Virus record (IMG/VR): IMGVR_UViG_3300023174_000112
Coordinates: 26,133 to 90,132 of that record
Origin: a virus
Reading direction: 5' to 3' (one strand)
DNA length: 64,000 nt
Position 1 is the first letter of the stretch. The number at the start of each line of letters is the position of its first letter. Below are positions 1 through 12,000 of the stretch, piece after piece. The translations under genes and the position numbers were made by a program. A model generated the notes under the pieces. It made no database searches. It worked only from the letters and a program-made list of their open reading frames with translations, and was not told the origin of the DNA.

Positions 1-3000
1 CAGCCAATGCTGTAACTGCTGGGTCAGTCAGTGCAAGTGGCAATGTCACTGGCGGCAATGTATTAACCGGTGGATTGATTAGTTCTACTGGTAACATCAC
101 AGGCAGCAATGTCAACACAGGCATTGTCAGCGCCACAGGCAATGTTGTTGCTGGCAACTTGAATGCAGCTGGATTGAGTCTAAGTTCAAATGTTGTATCT
201 GCACTCAATGTCACAGGCAATATTGCTGGTGCAAATGTAACCACACCGGGATTGATTAGTGCCACAGGCAATGTCACAAGTGGCAACGTCAACACTGGCA
301 TTGTCAGTGCAACTGGCAACATTATTGGTGGAAACTTAAATGCAGTTGGATTGAGCCTAAGTGGCAATGTTATCAGTGCATTGAACGTAACTGGCAATGT
401 CAATGCTGGCAATGTCAATGCCACAGCAAACATTTATACTGATGGATACATTTACGCCAACACAGAAATTGGTGGTGCTAACATAATATCACCTGGATTT
501 GTAAGTGCTAATGGCAACATCATTGGTGGCAATGTCAAAACTGGTAATTTAAGCCTAAGTGGCAATGTATTGAGCGCTATCAACTCAACATCAAATATCA
601 CCACAAGTGCTAACATTGCAGCCAACTACTTTATTGGTAACGGGTCACAGTTAACTGGACTGCCAAGTCCTAATAAAATTTACAACGGCACCTCAGAAGC
701 CAACATTGGTACTGCAAACGGCAATGCCAATATTTCTATAAACGGCACATCAAATGTTGCTGTGTTCAGTCAAGACGGACTGGCGGTAACAGGAACTGTT
801 TCCTCTAGTGGTAACATTACCACAGGCGGTTCTATTATCACAGGCGGTACTGGCACTGGTAACATCACAGGTGCCAATGTTGTTTCGGCAATCACATTGA
901 GTGCCACAGGCAATGTCATTGGCGGAAATGTCAATGCTGGCCAATTGTCTGTAAGTGGCAATGTAATCAGTCCATTGGATGTGACAGGCAATATCACCGC
1001 AGGTAATATCATATCTGTGGCTGCTGTTTCGGGTGCAAGTGTTAGTGCAAGTGGCAACATCACTGGCGGCAATTTGAATGCTGCTGGGTTGAGTTTAACC
1101 AGCAATGTTGTCAGTGCATTGAATGTCACAGGTAACATAGCTGGTGGCAATGTAACTACACCTGGACTGATCAGCGCTACAGGCAACGTCACTGGTGGTA
1201 ACGTAAATGCAACCAACTTGAGTCTGAGTGGTAACGTTGTCAGTGCATTGAATGTCACTGGCAACGCCACAGCAGGTAATATTATATCTATTGCTGCTAT
1301 TTCAGGTGCTAGTGTCAGCGCAAGTGGTAACATCACTGGCGGCAATGTCAACACTGGTATTGTCAGTGCCACAGGCAACATTGAAGGTGGCAACATCAAT
1401 GCAACAACATTGAGTGCTACAGGCAATGTCAATGGCGGCAATGTCAACACCAACAATGTTGTTGGTACCGGTACTACAATCAAATCTACAGGCGATTTGA
1501 ATCTGAGTGCAACTGGCAATGTTGTTGTCAATAGTTACATTAACAATGTAACAACTCCTGTGCAAGACTCTGACGCAGCCAACAAAGGCTACGTTGACTC
1601 AGTGGCGCAAGGACTTGACCCCAAAGCATCAGTGGCTTATGCCACAACTGGTGCATTGCCAGCTTATACCTACAACAATGGTACAAGTGGAGTTGGTGCT
1701 ACCATCACTGCCAACACCAATGGTGCTTTGAGCATTGACAGCTCATCGCCTGGCGTCACAAATCGTGTGTTGGTTAAAAATGAAACAGGTGCTAATGCTC
1801 CTTACAACGGCATCTATGTGGTCACTGACACAGGTGGCGCAGGCTCACCATTTATATTGACCCGGGCCAGCGACTTCAATCAGCCTAGTGAAATTCCAAG
1901 TGCGTTTACTTTTGTTGAAGATGGTCCTACAAATGCTGACACTGGTTGGGTATGTACTACTAATGCTCCAGTCACTATTGGAACAACAAACATTGTATTT
2001 TCTCAGTTCTCTGGTGCAGGACAATACACAGCCAACACCTCAGCTGGTTTGAGCCTAACTGGTACAGTATTCAGTGCCAAAGTTGACCAAAATACCACTG
2101 CATTTGATGGGTCAGGCAACATCATTGTCAAGGCCAATGCAAATCTTACAACACCCAATATTGGTGCGGCCACTGGTACAAGTTTAAGCACCACTGGCAA
2201 CATCACTGGCAATGTGTTGATTGGTAACACAATCAGTACCACAGGCAATGTGATTGCAGGTAATTTGAATGCCGCTGGATTGAGTTTGAGCTCAAACGTT
2301 GTCAGCAACTTGAATGTAACTGGCGTTATTGCTGGTGCTAACGTAACAACACCTGGACTGGTTTCAGCCACAGGCAACATCACGGGTGGCAACGTCAACA
2401 CTGGCATTGTCAGTGCTTCAGGCAATGTTCAAGCAGGCAATTTGAATGCCGCTGGATTGAGTTTGAGCTCAAATGTTGTGAGTGACTTGAATGTTACCAG
2501 CAACATCACTGGTGGTAATGTACAGGCTGTCTCATTGTTGAAGACCAATAATTTCAGCATCAGCGGCAATGTCACCGGTGATTTGTTGCCCAGTGCCAAC
2601 ATCACATATGATTTGGGTAGCAGTACACAACGCTGGAAAGATTTGTGGTTGTCTGGCACTAGCATCAAACTAGGTGCACAGACAATATCAGCCAATGCTA
2701 CAGCAGTCAGTGTTGGCGCCACAACTGATATTGCAGCCAACAATGTCACAGCAGTAAGTCAGGTAAGTGGTGCCACAGTCAGTGCAAGTGGCAACGTAAC
2801 CGGTGGCAACGTATTGACTGGTGGATTGATTAGTGCCACAGGCAACGTAACTGGTGGCAATTTGGTCACTGGTGCGGCAGTCAGTGCTGGTAGTGTCAGT
2901 GCAAGTGGCAACGTAACTGGTGGCAATATTGTAACCAGTGCCGCAGTCAGCGCCGGATCAGTTAGTGCAAGTGGCAATGTAACCGGTGGCAATCTAAACG

Positions 3001-6000
3001 CCGCTGGACTAAGTTTGTCAAGCAATGTTGTATCTGCACTCAATGTCACAGGTGACATTGCCGGTGCTAACGTAACAACACCTGGACTGATCTCAGCCAC
3101 AGGCAACGTAACTGGTGGCAACATTGTAACCAGTGCCGCTGTAAGTGCTGGTTCTGTGAGTGCAAGTGGCAATGTAACCGGTGGCAATCTGAATGCCTCA
3201 GGATTGAGTCTAAGTGGCAATGTGTTGAGTGTGATTAATAGCACTTCAAACATCACCACAACTGGCAATATTGCTGCCAACTACTTGTTGGGTAACATTG
3301 CATACGCAAATGGTTACAGTGCCAGCAAAATTTACAATGGCGTCAGCGAAGTCAACATTGGCATTGCCAACGGCAATGCCAATATCAGCATAAACGGCAG
3401 CTCAAATGTTGCTGTGTTCAGCACAAGTGGTTTGGACATCACTGGTACAATAAGTGCCAATGGTAATATCACTGGTGGCAATCTGAATGCAACCAACTTG
3501 AGCCTAAGTGGCAATGTGGTGAGTGCATTGAACATCACTGGCAATGCCACAGCAGGTAACATTATATCTGTGGCAGCTATCTCGGGGGCCAGTGTCAGCG
3601 CAAGTGGTAATGTTCAAGCAGGCAACGTCAATGCCACTGGACTGAGCCTAAGTGGCAATGTGGTGAGTGCATTGAACATCACAGGCAATGCCACAGCAGG
3701 CAACATCATATCTGTGGCAGCTATTAGTGGTGCAAGTGTCAGTGCAAGTGGCAACATCACAGGTGGCAACGTCAACACCGGTATTTTGAGCGCCACAGGC
3801 AACATTGAGGGTGGCAACATCAATGCAACCACACTGAGTGCCACAGGCAATGTCAATGGTGGCAATGTCAATACCAATAGTATTGTTGGTACCAGCACCA
3901 CAATCAAGTCCACAGGTGATTTAAATTTGAGTGCTACAGGTAATGTTGTGGTCAACAGCTACATCAACGGCGTCACAGCCCCTGTACAAGACACAGATGC
4001 AGCCAACAAAGCCTATGTTGATTCAGTTGCACAAGGACTGGATGTCAAAGCATCAGTGCTTTATGCTACAACCACTGCACTGCCTGCTTATACCTACAAC
4101 AATGGCACAGCAGGAGTAGGCGCAACCATCACTGCTAACGCATTTGGTACTTTGAGCATTGACAGCTCATCACCCAGTGCCACAAGTCGTGTGCTGATCA
4201 AGAACGAAACAGGAGCCAATGCACCTTACAACGGTATCTATTTGGTCACCAACGCTGGTGGTGCTGGTGCTGCATTTGTTCTGACTCGTGCCACTGATTT
4301 TGATAACGGATCTCCATCTGGAGAAATTCCTGGCGCATTTACTTTTGTTGAAGATGGTCCTACCAACGCCGACACTGGTTGGGTGTGTACTACCAATGCT
4401 CCAGTCACAGTGGGCACAACAAACATTGTGTTTGCTCAGTTCTCAGGTGCAGGACAATACACAGCCAACACTTCTGCTGGTTTAAGTCTAATTGGTACGC
4501 AGTTCAATGCCAAAGTTGACAACAACACCACAGCGTTTGACGTATCAGGCAATATCATTGTCAAAGCCAGTGCCAATTTGACCACACCCAACATTGGTGC
4601 TGCCACAGGTACTAGCCTAAGCACCACTGGCAACATCACTGGTGATGTGGTAATTGGTAATGTGATCAGCACAACTGGCAACGTAATTGCTGGCAATTTG
4701 AATGCTGCTGGTTTGAGTCTAAGCTCAAATGTTGTTAGTAATCTAAATGTCAGTGGCAATGTTGCTGGTTCAAATATCACAACTCCTGGATTGATCTCTG
4801 CCACAGGCAACGTCACAGGTGGTAATGTTATTACCAGCGCCGCAGTCAGTGCAGGTTCAATGAGTGCAAGCGGCAACATCACTGGTGGTAATTTGAATGC
4901 TGCTGGATTGAGTTTGTCAAGCAATGTTGTCAGCAACTTGAATGTCACAGCAAATATTGCTGGTGGCAATGTAACCACCGCTGGACTGGTTTCAGCCACA
5001 GGCAACATCACCGGCGGCAATTTAATCACCAGTGCTGCCGTCAACGCAGGCAGTGTCAGTGCAAGTGGCAATGTCAATGGTGGCAACATCATATCTGCCG
5101 CAGCAATATCAGGCGCAAGTGTTAGTGCCAGTGGCAACGTTGACGGCGGTAATGTCAATACAACAATATTGAGTGCCACAGGCAACATCATTGGCGGTAA
5201 CTTGAATGCTGCTGGATTGAGTTTGTCAAGCAATGTTGTCAGCGCATTGAATGTAACAGGCGCCATCGCTGGCGCAAATGTAACAACTCCTGGACTGATT
5301 AGTGCTACAGGCAATATCACTGGTGGCAACTTGATTACCAGTGCTGCTGTCAGTGCTGGTAGTATCAGTGCAAGTGGCAACGTTGACGGCGGTAATGTCA
5401 ATACAACAATATTGAGTGCCACTGGCAACATCACAGGTGGCAATGTCAATACTGGTATTTTGAGTGCCACAGGCAATGTTCAAGCAGGCAATGTAAATGC
5501 AACCAACTTGAGTCTGAGCGGCAATGTTGTGAGTGCATTGAATGTCACAGGCAATGCCACAGCAGGCAACGTCATATCTGTTGGTTCTGTCAGTGGTGCA
5601 AGTGTTAGTGCAAGTGGCAACATCACTGGTGGTAACGTATTAACTGGTGGATTGAGCCTGAGTGGCAATGTGTTGAGTGTTATCAACTCAACTTCAAACA
5701 TTACCACAAGTGCAAACATTGCTGCCAGCTACTTTATTGGTAATGGTAGCCAATTGACTGGAGTGTCAGCTAATACTGCCAAGAGAATTGCAAATGGCAC
5801 ATCAAACGTAGACATAGCTGTGGCCAATGGTAACATTACTACCGGTGTAAACGGCACAGCAAACGTTGTAGTAGTAGCTGACTCAGGACAATATGTTACC
5901 GGATTGATTTCAGCAAGTGGTAATGTGACCGGTGGCAACTTGATCACTGGTGCTGCGGTCAGTGCTGGTAGTGTTAGTGCAAGTGGCAACATCACTGGCG

Positions 6001-6623
6001 GCAATTTGAATGCAGCTGGATTGAGTCTAAGCTCAAATGTTGTGAGTGCATTGAATGTCACAGGCGACATTGCTGGTGCAAATGTGACCACACCAGGTCT
6101 AATTTCTGCAACTGGCAATATTGCTGGCGGTAACGTCAACACTGGCATTTTGAGTGCAACTGGCAATATTGTTGGCGGTAACTTGAATGCGGTGGGATTG
6201 AGCCTAAGTGGCAATGTCGTTAGCGCATTGAACATCACTGGCAATGCCACAGCAGGCAATATTATATCTGTTGGGGCTGTCAGCGGTGCAAGTGTCAGCG
6301 CAAGTGGTAATGTTATAGCAGGTAACTTGAATGCAGCTGGACTGAGCCTGAGTTCAAACGTTGTGAGTGCATTGAATGTCACAGCAAACATTGCTGGTGG
6401 CAACATTACCACAGCTGGATTGATTTCAGCAACCGGCAACATCACTGGTGGCAACATCAGCATTATTGGCAACACCGTATCAACCAGCACCAGCACTGGT
6501 GCGCTGATTATCACAGCCAGTGGAGGATTAGGAGTTGGTGGCGCAATTTATGCTACTCAAATTTTTGATGGTGGATCTCGTGTACTAACTGTTGACAGCA
6601 CAGTTGATGGCGGTACTTTCTAA
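1..6623 (+). CDS. Giant repetitive tail fibre / virion adhesin (5' end lies outside the window)
   Basis: Frame is open from base 3. Built of SATGN(I/V)TGGN and GLSLSSNVVSALNV repeats, YFIGNGSQLTG motifs and two copies of a DAANKxYVD-containing fibre domain; ends in VDGGTF. Confidence 0.85.
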   Translation, partial: ANAVTAGSVSASGNVTGGNVLTGGLISSTGNITGSNVNTGIVSATGNVVAGNLNAAGLSLSSNVVSALNVTGNIAGANVTTPGLISATGNVTSGNVNTGIVSATGNIIGGNLNAVGLSLSGNVISALNVTGNVNAGNVNATANIYTDGYIYANTEIGGANIISPGFVSANGNIIGGNVKTGNLSLSGNVLSAINSTSNITTSANIAANYFIGNGSQLTGLPSPNKIYNGTSEANIGTANGNANISINGTSNVAVFSQDGLAVTGTVSSSGNITTGGSIITGGTGTGNITGANVVSAITLSATGNVIGGNVNAGQLSVSGNVISPLDVTGNITAGNIISVAAVSGASVSASGNITGGNLNAAGLSLTSNVVSALNVTGNIAGGNVTTPGLISATGNVTGGNVNATNLSLSGNVVSALNVTGNATAGNIISIAAISGASVSASGNITGGNVNTGIVSATGNIEGGNINATTLSATGNVNGGNVNTNNVVGTGTTIKSTGDLNLSATGNVVVNSYINNVTTPVQDSDAANKGYVDSVAQGLDPKASVAYATTGALPAYTYNNGTSGVGATITANTNGALSIDSSSPGVTNRVLVKNETGANAPYNGIYVVTDTGGAGSPFILTRASDFNQPSEIPSAFTFVEDGPTNADTGWVCTTNAPVTIGTTNIVFSQFSGAGQYTANTSAGLSLTGTVFSAKVDQNTTAFDGSGNIIVKANANLTTPNIGAATGTSLSTTGNITGNVLIGNTISTTGNVIAGNLNAAGLSLSSNVVSNLNVTGVIAGANVTTPGLVSATGNITGGNVNTGIVSASGNVQAGNLNAAGLSLSSNVVSDLNVTSNITGGNVQAVSLLKTNNFSISGNVTGDLLPSANITYDLGSSTQRWKDLWLSGTSIKLGAQTISANATAVSVGATTDIAANNVTAVSQVSGATVSASGNVTGGNVLTGGLISATGNVTGGNLVTGAAVSAGSVSASGNVTGGNIVTSAAVSAGSVSASGNVTGGNLNAAGLSLSSNVVSALNVTGDIAGANVTTPGLISATGNVTGGNIVTSAAVSAGSVSASGNVTGGNLNASGLSLSGNVLSVINSTSNITTTGNIAANYLLGNIAYANGYSASKIYNGVSEVNIGIANGNANISINGSSNVAVFSTSGLDITGTISANGNITGGNLNATNLSLSGNVVSALNITGNATAGNIISVAAISGASVSASGNVQAGNVNATGLSLSGNVVSALNITGNATAGNIISVAAISGASVSASGNITGGNVNTGILSATGNIEGGNINATTLSATGNVNGGNVNTNSIVGTSTTIKSTGDLNLSATGNVVVNSYINGVTAPVQDTDAANKAYVDSVAQGLDVKASVLYATTTALPAYTYNNGTAGVGATITANAFGTLSIDSSSPSATSRVLIKNETGANAPYNGIYLVTNAGGAGAAFVLTRATDFDNGSPSGEIPGAFTFVEDGPTNADTGWVCTTNAPVTVGTTNIVFAQFSGAGQYTANTSAGLSLIGTQFNAKVDNNTTAFDVSGNIIVKASANLTTPNIGAATGTSLSTTGNITGDVVIGNVISTTGNVIAGNLNAAGLSLSSNVVSNLNVSGNVAGSNITTPGLISATGNVTGGNVITSAAVSAGSMSASGNITGGNLNAAGLSLSSNVVSNLNVTANIAGGNVTTAGLVSATGNITGGNLITSAAVNAGSVSASGNVNGGNIISAAAISGASVSASGNVDGGNVNTTILSATGNIIGGNLNAAGLSLSSNVVSALNVTGAIAGANVTTPGLISATGNITGGNLITSAAVSAGSISASGNVDGGNVNTTILSATGNITGGNVNTGILSATGNVQAGNVNATNLSLSGNVVSALNVTGNATAGNVISVGSVSGASVSASGNITGGNVLTGGLSLSGNVLSVINSTSNITTSANIAASYFIGNGSQLTGVSANTAKRIANGTSNVDIAVANGNITTGVNGTANVVVVADSGQYVTGLISASGNVTGGNLITGAAVSAGSVSASGNITGGNLNAAGLSLSSNVVSALNVTGDIAGANVTTPGLISATGNIAGGNVNTGILSATGNIVGGNLNAVGLSLSGNVVSALNITGNATAGNIISVGAVSGASVSASGNVIAGNLNAAGLSLSSNVVSALNVTANIAGGNITTAGLISATGNITGGNISIIGNTVSTSTSTGALIITASGGLGVGGAIYATQIFDGGSRVLTVDSTVDGGTF
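1373..4752 (+). repeat. Internal duplication of a ~315-codon block (about 1373-2320 and 3798-4752) in fibre 1; related copy at about 10220-10975 in fibre 3
   Basis: Near-identical peptides in both copies (DAANKxYVDSVAQGLD, FTFVEDGPTNADTGWVCTTNAPVT, NLTTPNIGAATGTSLS). Confidence 0.9.
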
Positions 6624-6632
6624 ATTGGAACT

Positions 6633-6670
6633 AACTCTGGCGCTCAAAATATTGCCAGAGTTGCTTCTTT
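6633..6670 (+). terminator. Hairpin, probable terminator after fibre 1
   Basis: aactctggc (6633-6641) pairs with gccagagtt (6654-6662), followed by a T-rich tract. Confidence 0.55.
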
Positions 6671-6677
6671 AAAGTGA

Positions 6678-6683
6678 TAAGTA
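6678..6683 (+). promoter_or_regulatory. T4-type late promoter variant (TAAGTA), 6 nt before ATG 6690
   Basis: gaTAAGTAcaccgtATG; no SD sequence. Confidence 0.6.
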
Positions 6684-6689
6684 CACCGT

Positions 6690-8774
6690 ATGACTAACAC
6701 AGTATTAATCAAACGCTCAGCCACAGCAAATGCAGTGCCCACGTCAGGGCAGTTAGCCAACGGCGAAATTGCCATAAATTACGCCGACGGCAACTTGTTT
6801 TTTAAAGATTCTGGCGGATCAGTACAAACACTGGCCAGCCAAAAATTTGTTTCAGTTTCGGGCAACATCACCGGTGGCAACGTCAACACTGGCATTGTCA
6901 GTGCCACAGGTAATGTCACAGCAGGCAATCTAAATGCTGCCGGATTGAGTTTGAGCTCAAATGTTGTTGGTGCATTGGTATCTGCCGCAAATATCACCAC
7001 AACTGCCAACATTGCAGGTGGGTATTTTATTGGCAACGGCTCACAACTGACCGGATTGCCTGCGTCATACAGCAATGCCAATGTTGCCACACTGCTCTCT
7101 AATTTTGGTTCAAACGTCATTTCAACAACTGGAAATGTCACAACTGGTAACCTGACAGTCAACGGCAACATCACTTATGTCAACAGCAATGTTGTTACCA
7201 TAAACGACAAATTTATCAATGTGGCCAACAATGCAGCCACTGCCGGTGCTGCCAATGGCGGTGGACTGGGGGTAGGCCCTGTGGACGCTGAATATGCCAC
7301 ACTTACATTCAACAATGGTACCACAGCCTGGAACACCAACATTCCACTCAGTGTCAACGGCAATGTTGCCGGCAGTTACTTTGTGGGCAATGGATCAGCG
7401 TTGACCAGTATCACAGGTGCCAATGTTACTGGTACTGTGGCCAATGCTACCTATGCGGTCAGTGCTGGTAGTGCTGGATCAGCTATCACAGCAGAACAAA
7501 TAACCTATGCCATTCAATCCAATATCACAGGAGTTGGCACACTGGGCAATTTGAGTGTGTCGGGCAACACCACAGTTGGTAACTTGAGCACTGGTGGATT
7601 TGTATCAGCCACAGGCAACATCACCGGCAGTTATTTCATTGGCAATGGTTCATTGTTAACAGGCATTGCCGTATCAAGTTATGGCAATGCCAATGTGGTG
7701 GCCAATCTTGCCGCACTGGGTAGCAATCCAATATCAACTACTGGCAACGTAACTGGTGGTAACGTATTAGGCGGAGCCAACGTTAATGCCACACTGTTTA
7801 CAGGTACCACTGTGTCAGTAACTGGCAACATCACTGGTGGTAACGTATTAGGCGGAGCCAACGTTAATGCCACAACACACACCGGTACCACTGTTTCAGT
7901 AACTGGTAATATAACTGGTGGTAATATTTTAGGTGGAGCCAACGTCAATGCCACCACACACACAGGCACTACAGTAAGTGTAACTGGTAATATCACCGGC
8001 GGTAACATATCCACTGCTGGTATATTGTCTGGAGCAAATAATTTCATAATCAACGCACCCAGCCCAAGTGCTGAAGGTGCGCAGATTGTTATGGCCTGGG
8101 CCAATATTAGTGGATTGGTTGGACAAGCCAATTCTACTTGGAATCTTGATGTTGATGCCACCAACAACTTCCGTATTTTTTATCAAAATGCCACAGGTGG
8201 TACAGCAGTTCCGATCACTATCACACAAAGTACCAATGCTATAAGCATGATTGGCGCACTGTCAGCGGCCAGTCTGTCAGTATCCACTGGCAACGTTACT
8301 TTAGGCAACATTGTCAATGCAGGCGCCAATGGGGTGGGTAATATTGGAACAGTAGGCGGATATTTCAACACTGTGTTTGCCAAAGCCACATCAGCACAAT
8401 ACGCTGACTTGGCAGAATATTACTCAGCAGACGCTGAATATGAACCTGGAACTGTGGTTAGTTTTGGTGGCGTTCAAGAAATCACAATGTGTACAGCAAT
8501 CAATGATCCACGGGTAGCCGGGGTAATATCTACAAATCCTGCGCATGTGATGAATTCAGGACTTGACAGTGAACATGTGGCCACAGTGGCTCTGACCGGG
8601 CGAGTGCCTACCTTGGTAATAGGCCCAGTATTGCCTGGTGATATGATGGTTTCAGCAGGCGGCGGCCGAGCAAAAGCCTGTGCAACTCCTGCCATGGGCA
8701 CAGTGATCGGAAAGGCCTTGCAAGCACACCCTGGTGGACAGGGTGTAATTGAAGTTGTAATTGGCAGAATATAA
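6690..8774 (+). CDS. Tail fibre with N-terminal attachment domain and C-terminal peptidase-G2-like autocleaving chaperone
   Basis: N-terminal IKRS...LANGEIAINYADGNLFFKD; same G/N repeats as fibre 1; C-terminal SAQYADLAE..GTVV..VAGVISTNPA..VALTGRVP..IGKAL. Confidence 0.8.
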   Translation: MTNTVLIKRSATANAVPTSGQLANGEIAINYADGNLFFKDSGGSVQTLASQKFVSVSGNITGGNVNTGIVSATGNVTAGNLNAAGLSLSSNVVGALVSAANITTTANIAGGYFIGNGSQLTGLPASYSNANVATLLSNFGSNVISTTGNVTTGNLTVNGNITYVNSNVVTINDKFINVANNAATAGAANGGGLGVGPVDAEYATLTFNNGTTAWNTNIPLSVNGNVAGSYFVGNGSALTSITGANVTGTVANATYAVSAGSAGSAITAEQITYAIQSNITGVGTLGNLSVSGNTTVGNLSTGGFVSATGNITGSYFIGNGSLLTGIAVSSYGNANVVANLAALGSNPISTTGNVTGGNVLGGANVNATLFTGTTVSVTGNITGGNVLGGANVNATTHTGTTVSVTGNITGGNILGGANVNATTHTGTTVSVTGNITGGNISTAGILSGANNFIINAPSPSAEGAQIVMAWANISGLVGQANSTWNLDVDATNNFRIFYQNATGGTAVPITITQSTNAISMIGALSAASLSVSTGNVTLGNIVNAGANGVGNIGTVGGYFNTVFAKATSAQYADLAEYYSADAEYEPGTVVSFGGVQEITMCTAINDPRVAGVISTNPAHVMNSGLDSEHVATVALTGRVPTLVIGPVLPGDMMVSAGGGRAKACATPAMGTVIGKALQAHPGGQGVIEVVIGRI

Positions 8775-8841
8775 TGAACACAACTTTAAATCTCATTTTG
8801 ACGCTAAATATACCAGTTACTAAAATACAGGAAGAACAAGT

Positions 8842-9003
8842 ATGTCATCAGGACCTTTAACATTTGGACCCGGGATTGTGATTGAAGCCGGCGGCATTCA
8901 AGCAGGCCCAGATGTCATTGTGATAAATTTTGAGTATCTTATAACCGAAACCGGCGATTTTTTAATGACTGAAGCTGGTGAGTATTTAGGCACCGAACAA
9001 TAA
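8842..9003 (+). CDS. Small acidic fibre-associated protein (53 aa; not in ORF track)
   Basis: MSSGPLTFGPG...LITETGDFLMTEAGEYLGTEQ; TAAATA at 8805 and AGGAAG SD upstream. Confidence 0.7.
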   Translation: MSSGPLTFGPGIVIEAGGIQAGPDVIVINFEYLITETGDFLMTEAGEYLGTEQ

Positions 9004-9013
9004 TAGGAATATC

Positions 9014-12000
9014 ATGACAACAGTGGCAATTTCAGCCTTACCGGCAACAAATACAGTAGATGCAACCACAGTTGCTCCAGTGGTTTACAATGGTTCAACA
9101 TACAAAGCCACACTGACAACACTAGGTGCGTTTATCAATACCAATGCTGCCACAGTGTCAGCTAGTGGTAATATCACAGGTGGCAACTTAAATGCTGCTG
9201 GATTGAGCCTAAGCAGCAATGTTGTATCAGCACTCAATGTGACAGCAAATATTGCTGGCGGCAATGTAACAACCCCTGGACTGATCAGTGCCACTGGCAA
9301 CATCACAGGTGGCAACATTTTAGGTGGTGCCAACGTCAATGCTACTACACATACAGGTGCCACAGTTTCAGTAACTGGCAACATCACTGGTGGCAACTTA
9401 AATGCCGCTGGGTTGAGCCTGAGTTCAAACGTTGTGAGTGCATTGAATTCTACATCGAATATCACCACTTCGGCCAACATCAGCGGCAGTTATTTCCTGG
9501 GCAATGGTAGTCAATTAACTGGTATTGACGCCACTAGCATACAAAACGGCACCAGCAACGTGCGTGTGCTAAGTTCAGGTGGCAATGTTTCAGTTGGTAT
9601 TGGTGGAACATCAAATGTGGCAGTGTTTGCTACCACAGGTGAATATGTCACTGGTGAGATAAGTGCAAGTGGTAATGTAACCGGTGGCAACTTGATCACA
9701 TCAGCAGCCATTTCAGGTGCAAGTGTCAGTGCGTCAGGCAATGTCACAAGTGGCAATTTAAACGCCGCAGGGTTAAGTTTGTCAAGCAATGTTGTTTCCG
9801 CACTCAATGTTACAGCAAACATTGCTGGTGGCAATGTACGCGGCTCAAGTTTGACTGGTAACGTAATATCAGTATCAGGCAATATCACTGGTGCCAATAT
9901 CATTGGGATTATTGCAGCTGGTTCCAACGCAATCACCACAACTGGCAACATCACCGGTGGTAACTTGATCACTGGTGCCGCGGTCAGTGCTGCTTCTGTG
10001 AGTGTCAGTGGCAATATCACTGGCGGCAATATAGATGTTGGCACAGGCAACATCACTGGTGGCAACATCAGTCTCAGTGGCAACAGCATTCCTGCCAATT
10101 TATTAACTGGTGGTGTTGTCAGCGCCACAGGCAATGTCACTGGCGGCAACATCATTGGTACCACAGCAGTTGTGGTGCCCACAGTTCGCAATACCGCTGC
10201 ACTCACAATCAGCACCAGTGCAGGCAATTTGAATTTGAGCCCAACTGGCAATATTGTGGTCAACAGCAAGTACATCAATGGTGTCACAGATCCTGTGCAA
10301 GATCAAGACGTTGCTACTAAAAAATATGTTGATAATTTTGCCACAACTGGCATTGCATATCACACTCCAGTGGCAGCAGCCACCACTACAACAATGGCCG
10401 CTGCTACAGGTGGTACAATCTCATACACTCAACCTAATGGTGCAGGCAATGGCGTTGGTGCATTGTTGACCACAACTGGTGCATTCAACTTGATTGACAC
10501 TGCTAATGTGCAGACTGTTGGAACACGTATCCTGGTCAAGAATGAAGCCAATGCTGTATACAACGGGGTGTATACCTGGGCCAATGCCACCAACATTGTT
10601 CGCGCCACTGATGCAGACGAATACGGACCAGACTCAATCATAGCGTTGAGTATAAATGATTATTTCTTTACCTCAGGCGGCAACGTCAATGCAGGTTCTG
10701 CTTTTGTGGTCAGCGAACCCTCGGGCACAATCACTTTTGGCACCAGCAACATCACATTCAGCACTTTTAGTACCAGCCAAGTGTACACAGCCAACACTTC
10801 AGCTGGTGTCAGCCTAAACGGCACAGTGATCAATGCCAAAGTTGATGGCACCACAACTGCATTTGACGGCGGCGGCAACATTGCCGTTAAAGCGTCGGCT
10901 GTATTGACCACTCCCAATATTGGTGCTGCCACAGGTACAAGTTTAAGCGTCACTGGCAACATCACAGGTGGCAACGTTAATGTAAGCAGAATTGTGAATG
11001 GCACCAGTGAACTTGCTATTGCTGCCAACGCCAACACCACAATCAAAGTAGGTGGCGATGTGGCAGCAGTATTCAGCGGATCACTGCTTGATTTGAGCCA
11101 ATTGCCCGGCTACCGTATCAGCGCAACTGGCAATATTTCAGGCGCCAACTTGAACGTTGCATCCGGCGGCAAGGTTGGTGTGGGCACAGCCACTCCTGAT
11201 GCAGCAGTTACGATTGTGGCCACTCCACAAACTGTGGTTTACCCAATAACTGGCAACAGTACTGCAGAGGGTACAGACTTGCACATTTCTGGTTCTAACA
11301 GTACAATCACCCGCATCACACAAGATGCATTTGGTACCTCAAATTATCCAGCATTCACTGGACGATCTTCCAGAGGCACAGCCGCCGCACCCACTCAATC
11401 ACAACTCAATGACGTGTTGAATCAGTTCACTGCACGTGGTTTCAGCAATGGTACACTGCAATTTGGCAATGCATCATCTGGACGATTGGACGTTGTTGCA
11501 GCTGAAGCCTTCACTGATACCAGCAGAGCTACCAAGTTGATAGTGTATACCACTCCAGTTGGTTCTATTACACCAGTTGCCACTGCGCTGTTTGACAGCA
11601 CAGGTGCATTCAGTGTAACAGGCAACATCACCGGTGGCAACGTAATTACCGGCGGAGCATTGAGTGCGGCATCATTGAGCCTAAGTGGTGCCAGTCAAGC
11701 AGCCAGTTACAGTGCAGGCACTGGCAACATCACTGGTGGCAACATTGTCAACGGAGGTGCCAACGGTGTAGGCAACATTGGTAATGCCACAACTTATTTC
11801 AACACAGTGTTTGCCAAAGCCACATCAGCACAATACGCTGACTTGGCAGAAAAATACACAGCTGACGCAGAATATGCATCAGGCACTGTGTTGAGTTTTG
11901 GCGGCGCCCAAGAAGTCACTGTAACGTTGATTGACGCAGATCATCGTGTGGCAGGTGTTGTGTCCACCAATCCTGCTACCATCATGAATGCAGGTCTAAT

